A stretch of DNA of 64,000 nucleotides from Lingula anatina. Lineage: Eukaryota > Animalia > Brachiopoda. The stretch lies in assembly GCA_051362555.1 (NCBI GenBank), contig CM120640.1, positions 41,518,788 through 41,582,787 on the forward strand. Reading direction: 5' to 3'. The translations under genes were made by a program, and so were the position numbers. A model generated the notes under the pieces. That model was given only the letters and a program-made list of their open reading frames with translations, did no database searches and was not told the DNA's origin. This document shows positions 13,582 to 26,333 of the stretch, in pieces; the stretch's first letter is position 1; each line of letters starts with the position of its first letter.

Positions 13582-14137
13582 CACGTGTAACGCATGTACT
13601 GTTGTACGGTTCCAGTACACTTGGCTTCACCTTTGTTGTGCATACAAATTGAAATCTAGTAGTTGTCAGAAAATGGAGACTCTCTTGTAAATATATATTG
13701 CCAAATAGAATTCCTCTTTGTTCTTGATATAATAAATAATCGGGTGAAGTGCAACTCAGTCACAGGACTACAAATTGAGGGCAATTAAAGTCAAGTGACT
13801 CTGAGTCAAGTGACGACCCTCTTCCCTGAACCACTACACATATCTAATGTCAGTTTGATCCGAGTTTAGTCTGAAATACCATCCTTTCTTATGATGATGT
13901 TTAGAAATTAGTTCAACAAAAACATGTGGGATTGCTGCTGCGTTGAACTTTCAAGTTCCGTTATTTCTGTGAACGTTAGTGCTGTACTCTACCGTCTTTA
14001 CCAAGCTTTGAGACGTCGCGCACTCATTTTGACAAAAATGACCACCATGAAGTCTGTTGAATCTGAGGCAAACCTTTTTATATCTTTCTTTAGTCTAAAT
14101 TAAGTGTAGACTTACAATCTGTGGCTCTCAAGCCCAT
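5629..14137 (-). CDS. MFSD1: MFSD1-like lysosomal major facilitator superfamily transporter, 13 exons (14137-14116, 13194-13094, 12761-12637, 12440-12385, 12109-11966, 8921-8763, 8488-8373, 8035-7935, 7669-7561, 7259-7122, 6863-6721, 6241-6139, 5766-5629)
   Basis: Exons join in frame at GT-AG sites: MGLRATDCGYRFLVLFFNCLLTFGSYFCFDMPSVLQ..., YNLLYAIYAWTNAVIVLGAGFLIDKLGNR, GRLLFGAGNGSLTIVQNRITAFWFKDKELALAFG...SRLGSVLNF, FYNGVFPFVADAS, ASMWPSIPLVV..TVGTAMG. These match MFSD1-family motifs; orthologue versus paralogue is not resolved. Confidence 0.9.
8947..11530 (-). mobile_element. Non-autonomous Helentron-associated element (HINE/DINE-1-like), copy 1, in MFSD1 intron 5
   Basis: Reverse-complement homologue of 21101-23803. 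It has the 5' subTIR/IR (gtaccaccagcg...cgctggcggtac), the 9-bp GGCTCC(G/T)GC repeats, ~10 units of the 146-bp repeat (~9290-10690) and a 3' terminus CTAGTT. Confidence 0.85.
9290..10690. repeat. Tandem array of ~10 x 146-bp units inside HINE copy 1
   Basis: The AGGTCA(A)AGGTCA-type core recurs at 9442, 9588, 9733, 9879, 10025, 10170, 10316, 10459 and 10605. Confidence 0.95.
13527..13578. repeat. (GT)n microsatellite
   Basis: Direct dinucleotide run. Similar runs: 2263-2292 (GA), 31891-31936 (CT then GT), 53606-53648 (GT). Confidence 0.95.
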
Positions 14138-14300
14138 TTTGGACACTCAACACGGTCCTTGCACTCTGACGCCTCCTATCGCCAATTTGACCTTTGCACT
14201 TCAAGTGGCGAAACAAAGAAGAGAAAATGGTCAATTTTGCCAATAAACCTATCGTTAGACTTCCGGTTTGTTTCAAAGCTAAATAAATACATGAACGATA
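14138..14300. promoter_or_regulatory. Probable bidirectional promoter of MFSD1 and PIF1 with an ETS/GABP-type motif
   Basis: The two genes are head-to-head. ACTTCCGGT (reverse complement ACCGGAAGT) lies at 14259-14267. Confidence 0.55.
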
Positions 14301-15251
14301 TACATATGTATTATAAACAGCTTGTTTTGTTTCTCACAGAATAGAAAATGAGCATAAACTTTGAATTTAGTCCCTCTTTGTCAACCCAAGCCTCGCTTTG
14401 AAAGAGAGGTAGATTTAAATGGAACAAATTTATTTGGGCAAAACAAGCCGGCTGTCGACACCTATTATCTTTATTTTTCATGGAATAAGAGTGGTCCATA
14501 ACTTACATTTAAGACATATCTAGATAAATACCAAGGTAAGTGCAAAATTATAATAGTACATGATTAATTGTAATGGATTGTGTGATATCACTGTGACATC
14601 GGGGCTGTGACATCTGTCGATTCTAAACAAGCTGCCTCGAGGAGCCCACAGACTGCACTGATAGAGCTGAAGTGGGAAGTTGTATATTGTAGGCGTTTGA
14701 AAATTTCCCAAACTCACAATTCCTTGTCTACATATACTGCAAAACAAAGAATCTTTTCCAATTTAGACCTTGAAAACTATAAAATCCCGCATTATAAAAG
14801 TACCTGGCGGCGATAATTCCTTTTGGAATTTAAAGGGAGACATTAATGGCGTTCTACACGGGCAGATAAATCCTGAGAGAGTACCTTGTAACATATCCAG
14901 AATCTACTGTATACAGGATTGAGTTGGACTTAAAATGATGTAAATAAAATTATTTCTATCCTATGGATTTCCTATTGACTTGAGACTCGTTTTAGTTAAC
15001 ATTGCCATTGGTAGGAATCAAAGAGTAAATTACTTGATGTTTGAAATGAAAAGTATTATTAAATAACTGTTGTTTATTCAAAATTTACTCTTTCATTAAA
15101 TTTTATTACATTTTCTTAAAAACTTGGTGGGGTTTTATACCACAAAATTTAAAAAATGGTTTATCATAAAAACACCATTTTTTTTCTTCATAGATGTCTC
15201 AATTTTCATAACATTTTCAGGTTTCAGAAACAACACTTGGTTTTTGGAGAA

Positions 15252-18200
15252 ATGGAGGACAACCATGGAGAATTAGTTTGCACTGTATGTATGGAAAACT
15301 TGTCTCCTTCAGGAGAAGTCATCACAAAAAGTCTTCACAAAAATGCCACTCTCATTCTGGGTAGAAATGAATTCCAGGATATTGTTTTAAAAGTCACAAT
15401 TGGCAAAACAGACAATAAATACATCATGAAACAGTTTAAAGTGCACCACAAGTTTGCAAAAGAAGGAAAAGCAACTATTATGGTTCTTGATAAGAGGATA
15501 AGATTCCTGTTATCCAACAGTCCACCTGACAGACTAAAAATGTTTTTAAGGTGTCTTTCTACAAAATATGAATGCTTGAAACTCACTGGGATTGTTGGGG
15601 AACGAAAACGATTTTTGTCAGAACTACCAAGAACTTTTCAAGAGATTAGCCCACTCAGCATGAAAGATGTTCAAACTGTTCATAATATCCGCACAAAGCA
15701 GGCCAATCAATCCTCAACTTTAAACCTGAAAAGAAAAAGACAGGAAGCAGCAACAGATAAGGAAAATTTGCAGCCAAAGGTATAGTAGTTGTATGCCCTA
15801 ATTTTCACATTTTGTCAAATATTGTTGTAATATCTTTTTTAGCTGCAGTTAGTATCCATCATTTGATTTAAGTGACATAATTACTGCATATAAAATTAAA
15901 AGAAATAGAAATGTATTCAATTTGTAGTTATAATAAAATGCAGGCATTTCTTTTTATTACATCTTTCTCTAAGATTTTGTTATCATCATTATAAAGCACC
16001 TCATCTTTCATTTAAATTCCAGAATTCTAAGGTAGCCAAACTAGATATAGGTCAGCCTGGCAGACCTTTGCCTCCTCAGGGAACCAAACTAACGGCTGAT
16101 CAAACTAAAGTATTGAGAACAGTGCTGGGAGGGAGGAGTATATTCTTTACTGGAAGTGCTGGAACAGGAAAATCATACTTGCTGAGAAGGATAATTGGTA
16201 AATAAAATGACACTTGTATTAGATTTTATTAAGCTTCGATGATTTGAATTAAACACTAAAATGTTGAGACTAATCAAATTGTTTAAAGATAAAGATGATC
16301 TTAGTGGGGGGAAAAGGCACTTTTCAGGCAATCCAGTTTGTAAAGGAAATGTGTGATGGTTTTGAAATTCATATCCATATTCCAGTCATACAATTAGAAT
16401 TTTCATGTTTGCTATAATAACACCAAATCATGTACTTTGTTCACATTTATTTAATTATTTATTATTTATTTTAAACATTTATTATTCTGCAGGTGCTCTC
16501 CCACCACACCACACATATGCCACAGCTAGCACTGGTTTAGCAGCTTGTCACATTGGAGGAACAACACTGCATTCTTTTGCAGGTATGGAACAAGCCATTT
16601 ATATTCTTTACCTCATAGAATTGATATGAGTAGTCATATTCTTGATTGTCAGTTCATAATATCTAATACTTTTGTTAAATATTTAAAAACTCTTACAGAG
16701 TACAGATCCATTCATCTTTGGTGTCATTCAATTATTAATAAACTTATCTGTTTTGGAAAAAATACTATAAATTATATAATTCATATAAAGTTGAAATATT
16801 TGTCATGAAAGAATAGATGCCAAGATTGCCCTGAGACAGTCTTGTCTTTTGGAATCTCACTTCTCTTAAAAGGAAACATTTTGTTTTCAGGAAGATGGTT
16901 AAAGGAGAGTCAATATCAGTCCACTGAAAGCTAGGTCACTTAAGACTAAATACCAAACAGATTTAACATCTTTTTAAGACAACTGTGCATTTTATCAAAA
17001 TCATCGTCTTTCAGGCATTGGTTCAGGGAAAGCCCCCATTGAGCAGTGTGTTGAACTAGCCAACAGACCTGTGATAGCCAAACAGTGGAGGCAGTGCAAT
17101 CACCTTATCATAGATGAAGTATCAATGGTAGATGGGGAATTCTTCTCAAAGCTGGAGACTGTAGCTAGGTAACATTTAAACATCATCAGTTTTGTGAAAT
17201 TTTGCATGCCACAAACAGCTGCTGGTGTGGTTTAGTTTTAGACTTGTAGATAACTGGGTTTCATACTGACTTAGTTTTGATACCATAATGCCATAATACA
17301 GTCACATATTGATATTTAGCACATTAAATACATATGCACTTGCTAGGCTTCAGCAGTCTCAGGGCTAGGATCGTACCACATACCTCTTAATTCCAGTACA
17401 TCTAATGTGTGGATTTACATGATATGTAGACTTCAGCAATTAGGTCACATTTTAGTGAAAACATGAACTACCTTGAGTAATATACATCACATTGCACATT
17501 TGTTTACATTTGGCTTGGTTTAACACAGTTTTTGCAAAAGTTTGTTTCATTTCTTATGTTATGAAATTTCAGAGTTATGAAGAAGAGCAATGAGCCATTT
17601 GGGGGAATTCAGCTTATATTGTGTGGAGACTTCTTACAGCTACCTCCTGTGACCAAGGGGCAAGAAAAGAAGAATTTCTGTTTTCAGGTATTTTTCAAAT
17701 ACTTTGTATACTTAAAAATGATATCTTAAAATGATGCTAAAATGTGAAGTGTAAAAACTTATTTGCTTTATAGTAAATGAGTTAAATACTTTTATTTTTA
17801 TAAAATAATTATTTTTCAGTCAAGAGCCTGGCACAAATGCATTTCTGTGAATATGGAACTGCGGCAAGTTATGAGGCAGTCAGACAAAAAATTCGTGGAA
17901 ATTCTTCAGGAAGTAAGACAAGGAAGGTATGACAAAAATGGATTTTTGATTGGTAGATTTTCTGTATTTTGCTAGTAAATCAAGCCATGAATATTTCCTT
18001 CTTTTTTGTTTCTTTGTCTTTTTCTTCAATAAAACATTGTTTTATCTTTTTTGTTTTAGCCTGTTGTAAACATTCTGGTGTGTTTTCAATCTTTTCACAG
18101 TGCTTTGCTCATGAATATTTGGTAATAATTGTTTATTACATCACAAAACCTATGATTTATAAATAAATAAATAAATCCCTCAGGTGTCCAGAGTTTGTAG

Positions 18201-21200
18201 AGAAGACCCTGCATGCCACAAGCAAACATGTCTTGGACAAAGATGGCATCCAGGCCACAAGGCTTTGTACTCACAAGGAGGATGTGGGTCACATTAATCA
18301 GATGCACTTGGACAGGCTTAAGGGTAATGAACCTGCAGATGAGTACATTAGAAAAGTTAATTTTGCATTTTAAGATGTCAGTATTACCAGTATCTTTTTA
18401 AATGCATACACTAAAGGGTATTTGATGAAGGTTTTGCTTTATGTTATCATTGCTGATATGATAGGACATGATTCAGGGATTTCTTGTTGAAGAACTTTCT
18501 TTTCACACATATTCTTTTTCTCTATAGGGGAGGTGTATGCATATCAGTCATCAGATAGTGACCAAGCCTCTCAGGGGCTTCTGAACACATTGTGTCCAGT
18601 TGGGGCTAGACTAGAGTTGAAGATGGGGGCACAGGTAAAGCAGTGTTTCCCCTGCACTTAAATGAGCGAGGCGCCCGCCTCGCTGAAATTTGCAAGTGCC
18701 TCGCTGAAATTTGTCAAAAGCACCGCCTCGTTGGGCTGAATGGAACGACAAAGTATATTTTCACTCATGCTAACTGAAAATTATATTTATTTCTAAGCAA
18801 ATATGGCATTTTCTGTTTACATACGTAATCCTATGCTTCTGAGCACTTGATTTAGCAGTAACGGAAATACGCATGCGCGTATGCCTCAAAATAACAAGCA
18901 GTTACTATCTCCCTGTAAGTGCCTCGTTTTCGCAGTTCTGTGAAGTATGAGAGACGCAGCGAAACGAGGCAACTGTTCTTGACACCATTTAATCACGTGT
19001 CAAGAATACACTTTCTCTGTCACTTCATGTTCCGAAATTCAGACTGCCTGTTGTTTGTTTTTATAGTTTACGAATATTCACTGATAAAAAAGGAGCAAAT
19101 AAAGTGGCCTTCGTTGTCTTTATAAACTTGGAGAAGATTTTCTATTGATTTACGGGTAAGTTTTGTGAAAGCAGTAGCGTTGTAAAACTGGGTCACGTCA
19201 GTATTTCGCGTGGAAACCTATGCATTGAATATGAATTCCCATGACCGAATAGAACCATATAAATGAATAAACGAAGAACTAAAATTGATGATAAGTGTGA
19301 TTTTCATCTCTTTAATTCCGAAGAATTCACTTAACGGTGTTTGAAGTTGTTGATTATAAATTACATCTCAAACTACGTAGGCCTATAACTATAGTAGCGG
19401 GAGTCGCTTTGCGCTGAACGACAATTAAGGGAGAGAACTTTTTGAAGCAGTTTTATATTAGGATGAAGCGCTCCCACACGCAAAGTCAATTGACCAGTTA
19501 CTTTCAGAAATGTGAAAACGGTAAGAACAACATATTTTATCAACTTTTTGGTCAATTTGAAAATAATTCAATGTAGTAAGCCCTTTTTCTTGTTTCTTGT
19601 AAGTATTAACTTTTTTTTTCTTGAAAGAGTATGTTCTATAAACTGAAAAGGACTAAACTGAGTGAATGCATACTGGAAAATAAATTTTGTCCAAACCTTT
19701 GTTATGTCATTACTGAATTTACTCCTCAAAACATCTAAAACAAGACAATTCAGTGCCACATAAAATGTAAAAAAAATCGGTTCTAAATACCCTAAAATGC
19801 ACCAAATTGCATCTCGATTAAAAGAATTATCTGGGGGGGCATGCCCCCGGACCCCCCTAGTATTGCTGGGATCGCGGATTGCCTACCACCTCACAGATCT
19901 TGAAAGCCAGGGGAAACACTGCAGAGTTGTGAATACATATCTCTTCCTCAATACCTTGTGATACCAGTGATGGTGCAAGATGAAATGACATATCAAAAGT
20001 TGTCCACAATTTGGGTCTCTTTACTTTTATCTTACTCTTGTCATCTTATCATGAGTACAGCAGTGTTATTTTTTATCGTCTTCGTTAACTATCTTTATAA
20101 AGATTTATTAATTCATTTAATTATTTTTGATAGAATCAGACACGGATTTTACATTGGTAGATTTTATTTTCTGGATTATATTTTTTGCCAAGAATATTTT
20201 TACCACTTGATCATATTAAATACAGTTCGATAATATTTGAGCTCACTATAGCACAATTTTGTCATCAACTATACATGATGTACATTTATAATATAGGTGA
20301 TGCTCCTGAAGAACTTGGATGCTCAGAGAGGTCTAGTGAATGGTGCAAGAGGAGTGGTGACTGGCTTTGACAATGAACACCAAGGTAAAGCTCTTGGACA
20401 ATGGGTTTAATCAATGCTTAAATATTCTGTCACTGTTAATTTTCTTAGATAAATTATAGTTGACCACTGGAAAATATTGTTTGGTGAATGGATTTTGCAT
20501 TGTTTAAAACTATAATAGTATACTTGAAGAACATTCAGACACTAAACCTCAGTTAACTGTTTTGGAGATTTATTCTTAACAGTGCGAGCACCATTTTTCA
20601 ACAATTTAGGGATAAAATGTCTTTGCTTTAAATGTTTCTCAATGAAAAAAAACTATTTCATTTCAAAATTTTGATTGGCACTGTTAATTCCAGGTCTCCC
20701 CATTGTTAAGTTCATTGGAGGTGTTGAGACTACTGTGAGATTTGAACGCTGGACTGTGAAAGCTAGTGGTGGCATGCACCTAACCAGGAGACAGTTACCA
20801 TTACAGTTAGCATGGGCGATATCTATTCATAAAAGTCAGGTCAGTAAGAAGTGAAGTCAGAGCCTGGGGTTGGATAACCATTGAAAGGGAGGTCAATCAC
20901 TGATAGAAAACTGAAAGGCAAAGTAACTTTTGCTCAAATTTGTACAAATGTCTCTAGGAGACCATTTAATCTATCAAACTTATTCATTCCTTCAGGTTTT
21001 TATTTTAAATTTGTGTTTACGTATGTATGATGTTCACTTTCTAAAACTTTTTGAATAAGTATGTAGTTTTTTTTATTTTATTTTTTTATTTATTTATTTA
21101 TTGTACCACCAGCGTTAGCGCTGGCGGTACACATGGTTTCGGTCTCGTCCGGATCGTTCTGCCGGCTCCGCCGGCTCCGCCGGACGGCTACCGTTACCGC

Positions 21201-24165
21201 TTCTCCTCCTAGACGGTAAGGCCCCCCATACCCATCTCATGGATTTAGGTCACCTATAATCTCAACTCGTTCCACGTAAAATTTGGGCTTTGTCGGTATT
21301 GGGGTCTGGGTGTGGCACTCATTGCAATGCACCCTTGTCTAAAAATGGCAAAATTAAATGCTAATTATCTACCCTACGGAAGGAGTTATGGGAAAAATTT
21401 CTATAGACGGCTTTCCAAAAGTCATATGTGTAGATTTCAAATATACCCTTGGATTTGACCTTTGACCTTTACTTCAAGGTCAAATGGGCCAAAATTTTCA
21501 AAAAAATGAAATTTTTTACGAAAAAAAATTTTTTTGCCCTGTTATTCAGACACCACACAGACTTAACCAATAATATTATTGGAAAGTGTTACCCTTCAGG
21601 TCATCTTTCATCTCCATGAATTTGGGGTCAATCGGTGCATTTTCACGGGAGTAGCGGCCATAAGATACCGAAACTGAAAACTGTCTCTAATTCGGGAACC
21701 GTTAATGCTAGAGACCCATTCTTTTTTGCATTTTGTAGAGCATGTAAAGCCCAACACTGGAGGTGGTCTCGGTTTTTTTGTATTCCATACGGTTTTCGAG
21801 TTACGCTGTATCAAAAAGTACATATTGGTGGTAAAAGCAAAATGTGCAGTACGGTAATGGATAATAAATTTTGAACTCTGGAAAAATAAAACATTAGGCT
21901 TGGCAAAGCAGACAACTTGTGTTCAAAAATGACATTATTTCATCAAATTTGAACTTCTGAAACTTCAGAGCACCTCTTATTTCAAGAATTTTGACCAAAA
22001 TGACATTTTCTTTATTTTAATTAATTTTTTCTGTACGAAATTTAAGGCACATTATGGTAACTCCAAAATTATAACATTTAGTCCCTTATATCTCCAAAAC
22101 TGGCAGAGATAGGTCTATAGTTACTATTGAAGTTGAATAGGAAGTCATATACTGGCAATCTATATGTGACCTTAAAATTGACCTTTGACCTACTTTTCAC
22201 CATGAACTGAACTTTGCAAATTTTTCTTCCCTTTTATCTCCAAAACTGGCAGAGATAGGTCCATAGTTACTATTGAACTTGAATAGGAAGTCATATACTG
22301 GCAATCTATATGTGACCTTAAAATTGACCTTTGACCTACTTTTCACCATGAACTGAACTTTGCAAATTTTTCTTCCATTTTATCTCCAAAACTGGCAGAG
22401 ATAGGTCTATAGTTACTATTGAACTTGAATAGGAAGTCATATACTGGCAATCTATATGTGACCTTAAAATTGACCTTTGACCTACTTTTCACCATGAACT
22501 GAACTTTGCAAATTTTTCTTCCCTTTTATCTCCAAAACTGTCAGAGATAGGTCCATAGTTACTATTGAACTTGAATAGGAAGTCATATACTGGCAATCTA
22601 AATGTGACCTTAAAATTGACCTTTGACCTACTTTTCACCATGAACTGAACTTTGCAAATTTTGCTTTCCTTTTATCTCCAAAACTGGCTGAGATAGGTCC
22701 GTAGTTACTATTGAAGTTGAATAGGAAGTCATATACTGGCAATCTAAATGTGACCTTGAACTTGAACTTCTGAAACTTCAGAGCACCTCCTATTTCAAGA
22801 ATTTTGACCAAAATGACATTTTCTTTATTTTAATTAATTTTTTCTGTACGAAATTTAAGGCACATTATGGTAACTCCAAAATTAAAACATTTAGTCCCTT
22901 ATATCTCCAAAACTGGCAGAGATAGGTCCATAGTTACTATTGAACTTGAATAGGAAGTCATATACTGGCAATATAAATGTGACCTTAAAATTGACCTTTG
23001 ACCTACTTTTCACCATGAACTGAACTTTGCAAATTTTGCTTTCCTTTTATCTCCAAAACTGGCAGAGATAGGTCCATAGTTACTATTGAACTTGAATAGG
23101 AAGTCATATACTGGCAATATAAATGTGACCTTAAAATTGACCTTTGACCTACTTTTCACCATGAACTGAACTTTGCAAATTTTGCTTCCCTTTTGTCTCC
23201 AAAACTGGCAGAGATAGGTCCATAGTTACTATTGAACTTGAATAGGAAGTCATATACTGGCAATCTATATGTGACCTTAAAATTGACCTTTGACCTACTT
23301 TTCACCATGAACTGAACATTGCAAATTTTGGTTTCCTTTTATCTCCAAAACTGGCTAAGATAGGTCCGTAGTTACTATTGGACTTGAATAGGAAGTCATA
23401 TACTGGCAATCTATATGTGACCTTCAAATTGACCTTTGACCTACTTATAATCATGAACTGAACTCTGCTAATTTCTTTCTCTTTTAACTCCAAACCTGGC
23501 AGAGATAGGTCCATAGTTACTGTTGAAGTTGAATAGGAAGTCATATACTGGCAATTTACTGCCACCTTGAAATTGACCTTTGACCTACCTTACAATGAAC
23601 TTAACTTTGATTGTACCATTTTAAGTTATATATATTTTTTGCGTATTTTGAAAATTCTTGTTGATTGCATTTTTATAGCTTGTCAAGCATAAGACTGGTG
23701 GCTGTGTCCCTTATTTTGTGTATGTGGGGGTCTATACGAATGCGCTTGCTCCAGCTGGTGGTACAATTTTCGGAGGCGGTATCGCCTCTCTGATCCTCTA
23801 GTTTTTTATGTGGACTTAAAGAAAGATCGCTACCAACCCCTACAATGTAATCTGCTTTTCCAAGGGACAAATATATGGGCCTATAAATTCAGCAATGTTC
23901 TTCCATATTTTAACCCATCAGCATTTGAGCAATGTTTTTATAATTTCAGGGTATGACACTGGACTGTGTGGAGATGTCACTATCTAGAGTATTTGAGAGT
24001 GGACAAGCTTATGTGGCCCTGTCCAGAGCTAAGAGTCTTGAGGGACTAAGAGTGCTGGACTTTGAAAAGGACTGTGTTCGGGCCAACCCAGAGGTGTTGA
24101 AATTTTATCGTAATATTCAGCTGCATCAGAGAATGCTCCAAGCAAAGGTGGATGATTTTATGTAA
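15252..24165 (+). CDS. PIF1: ATP-dependent 5'-3' DNA helicase PIF1, 11 coding exons (approx. 15252-15779, 16023-16197, 16493-16582, 17015-17168, 17573-17687, 17820-17926, 18184-18323, 18528-18634, 20297-20383, 20694-20839, 23951-24165)
   Basis: N-terminal PIF1 domain ([20 protein letters not shown]), Walker [105 protein letters not shown]. Confidence 0.97.
18641..19921. mobile_element. Non-autonomous TIR element (hAT-like CAG...CTG ends), 1.28 kb, in a PIF1 intron
   Basis: 14-bp TIR cagtgtttcccctg ... caggggaaacactg and a subterminal GC hairpin ggggggcatgcccccggacccccc. No clear TSD and no transposase ORF. Confidence 0.75.
21101..23803 (+). mobile_element. Non-autonomous Helentron-associated element (HINE/DINE-1-like), copy 2, structurally complete, in the last PIF1 intron
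   Basis: 5' subTIR ttgtaccaccagc with adjacent inverted copy gctggcggtac; (ccggctccg)n repeat; internal 146-bp array (~22085-23600); 3' subTIR gctggtggtacaa, stem-loop gaggcg-gtat-cgcctc and terminal CTAG before a T tract. Both flanks are T-rich. Confidence 0.88.
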
Positions 24166-24493
24166 GACATTTGTTATATATATTGATTTTATTTGAACTG
24201 TTGTTAATCATGAAGTAGTGATTAACTTAGCTTTTAAAGTATGTGCAATTTTTCATCTGTTTGTGGATGTCCTTGAGATGACTACCTCTATTTATTTTAA
24301 ATGCAGATCTGCTGACATGATTTATATTGTGACATTCAGTGCTTTTTGCACACTATTCAAAATTTATGAGATTTAGCATGGATGCACAACAATAACAAGC
24401 TATAAACAGTATTGGTTTAAATTAAACATTTTAAAGACTAAATCATAAAACTGTGATTTGAATATGATGAGAAATCTCAGTCATCCTGGGGTT

Positions 24494-26333
24494 CCAGTGT
24501 AACATGAAAATCTGACTCCCATGAAAATTTGACTCCCCAGTCAGATTTTCATTATGAAAATGTGACTCCCCAGTCAGATTTTCATAATGAAAATGTGACT
24601 CCCCCCATGAAAATTTGACTCCCCCTCCACAAAACTTCATACATCTTATTTTATTTGAGTATATGACTGTGATCTTGTAGTATGTAAAAAGGAGGATAGA
24701 TTGGCACATTTTTTTGTAGTTTGCAGTGAAAATTCAAATGAAAAAATAAGAAAAATAAAAATGTGCACATAATGAAAATCTGACTCCCCCGTGAAAATTT
24801 GACTCCCCCATCATAAAACTTCATAAATCTTATTTTATTTTGGGTATATGACTGTAATCTTGTAGTATGTAAAAAAGAGGATAGATTGGCACATTTTTTT
24901 GTAGTTTGCAGTGGAAATTTTAATGAAAAAATAAGAAAATTAAAAATGAGCACATAATGAAAATCTGACTCCCCCATCATAAAACTTTATAAATCATATT
25001 TCATTTTGGGTATATGTCTGTGATCTTGTAGTATGTAAAATGGAGGATACATTGGCACATTTTTTGTAGTTTGAAGGTGAAAATTTTAATGAAAAATAAA
25101 GAAAATTAAAAATGTGCACATAATGAAAATCTGACTCCCCAATGAAAATTTGACTCCCCTGCCACAAAACTTCATAAATCTTATTTTATTTTGAGTATAT
25201 GACTGTGATCTTGTAGTATGTAAAAAGGAGGATAGATTGGCACATTTTTTGTAGTTTGCAGGTGAAAAATTATGTGAAAAAGTAAGAAAATTAAAAATGA
25301 GCAAATAATGAAAATCTGACTCCCCCATGAAAATATGACTGCCCCTCCACAAAACTTCATAAATCTTATTTTATTTTGAGTATGTGACTATGATCTTGTA
25401 GTATGTGAAATGGAGGATACATTGGTGCTTTTTTGTAATTTGCAGGTGAAAATTTGCATGAAAAAATAAGAAAATTAAAAATGTCCACTTAATCGCCTAT
25501 TGTCTCCCCTATGAAAAAGTTATTTAATATTTGATGATCATTTCAACACCTTTTCTTTTAGGATACTTTATGAAAAATATATTGGAAATATTTAAAGGTT
25601 TGATGATAAAATAGTGAAAGCATGAAAAAGAAATCATGAAAATCTTTATTTTTACACCCATGAGATTTGGACTCCCATTGAGAAAAGGGCTTATTTTATA
25701 TTCAGTCACCATACCACTGTTTTCCACATAGTTTGCATAGAGATGGGTATTTTGTCATTATTTGAAAGTTTGATGATGAAAATTTTGGTCAATATTTTTA
25801 AAACAAGTATCCATCTTTATTCTTGTAGGTTTTGCACTCCCATGTCAAAACACTACATTTTCATTATGTGCACATTTTTAATTTTCTCATTTTTTCATTA
25901 AAATTTTCACTGCAAACTACAAAATATGTGCCAATGTATCAACCATTTTACATGCTACAAGATCACAGTCATATACTCAAAATAAAATAAGATTTATGAA
26001 GTTTTGTGGCAGGGGAGTCAAATTTTCATGGGGGAGTCAGATTTTCATTATGTGCACATTTTTAAATTTTCTTTTTTTTTATGAAAATGTTCACCTGCAA
26101 ACTACAAAAAAATGCCAATATATCATCCATTATGCATACTACAAAATCATAGTCATTTACTCAAATAAAATGAGATTAATGAATGTTTTTTTTTTTTGGG
26201 GGGGGGGAGTCAAAATTTCATGGGGGGAGTCAGATTTTCATTATGAAAATCTGACTGGGGAGTCAGATTTTCATAATGAAAATCTGACTGGGGAGTCACA
26301 TTTTAGGGGAGTCAGATTTTCATGGTACACCAG
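24494..26333. mobile_element. Foldback-type element with long modular inverted arms
   Basis: Ends gtgtaacatgaaaatctgactccc and ggggagtcagattttcatggtacac are inverted. Each end has 33-bp subrepeats; ~5 x 185-bp units lie on the left and ~2 inverted units on the right. Confidence 0.85.

Noticed and set aside
13464-13690. CVCVCV-containing ORFs (also 53585-53803)
   Set aside because: Microsatellite translations.
22085-23600. CRISPR-like array
   Set aside because: The units are contiguous 146-bp near-identical monomers with no unique spacers, there are no cas genes, and the context is a eukaryotic intron.
15252-24165. PIF1 as the helicase of an autonomous Helitron/Helentron mobilising the HINEs
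   Set aside because: It has the cellular PIF1 N-terminal domain, 11 exons and no Rep (HUH) domain. It is the host gene, and the HINE in its intron is probably coincidental.
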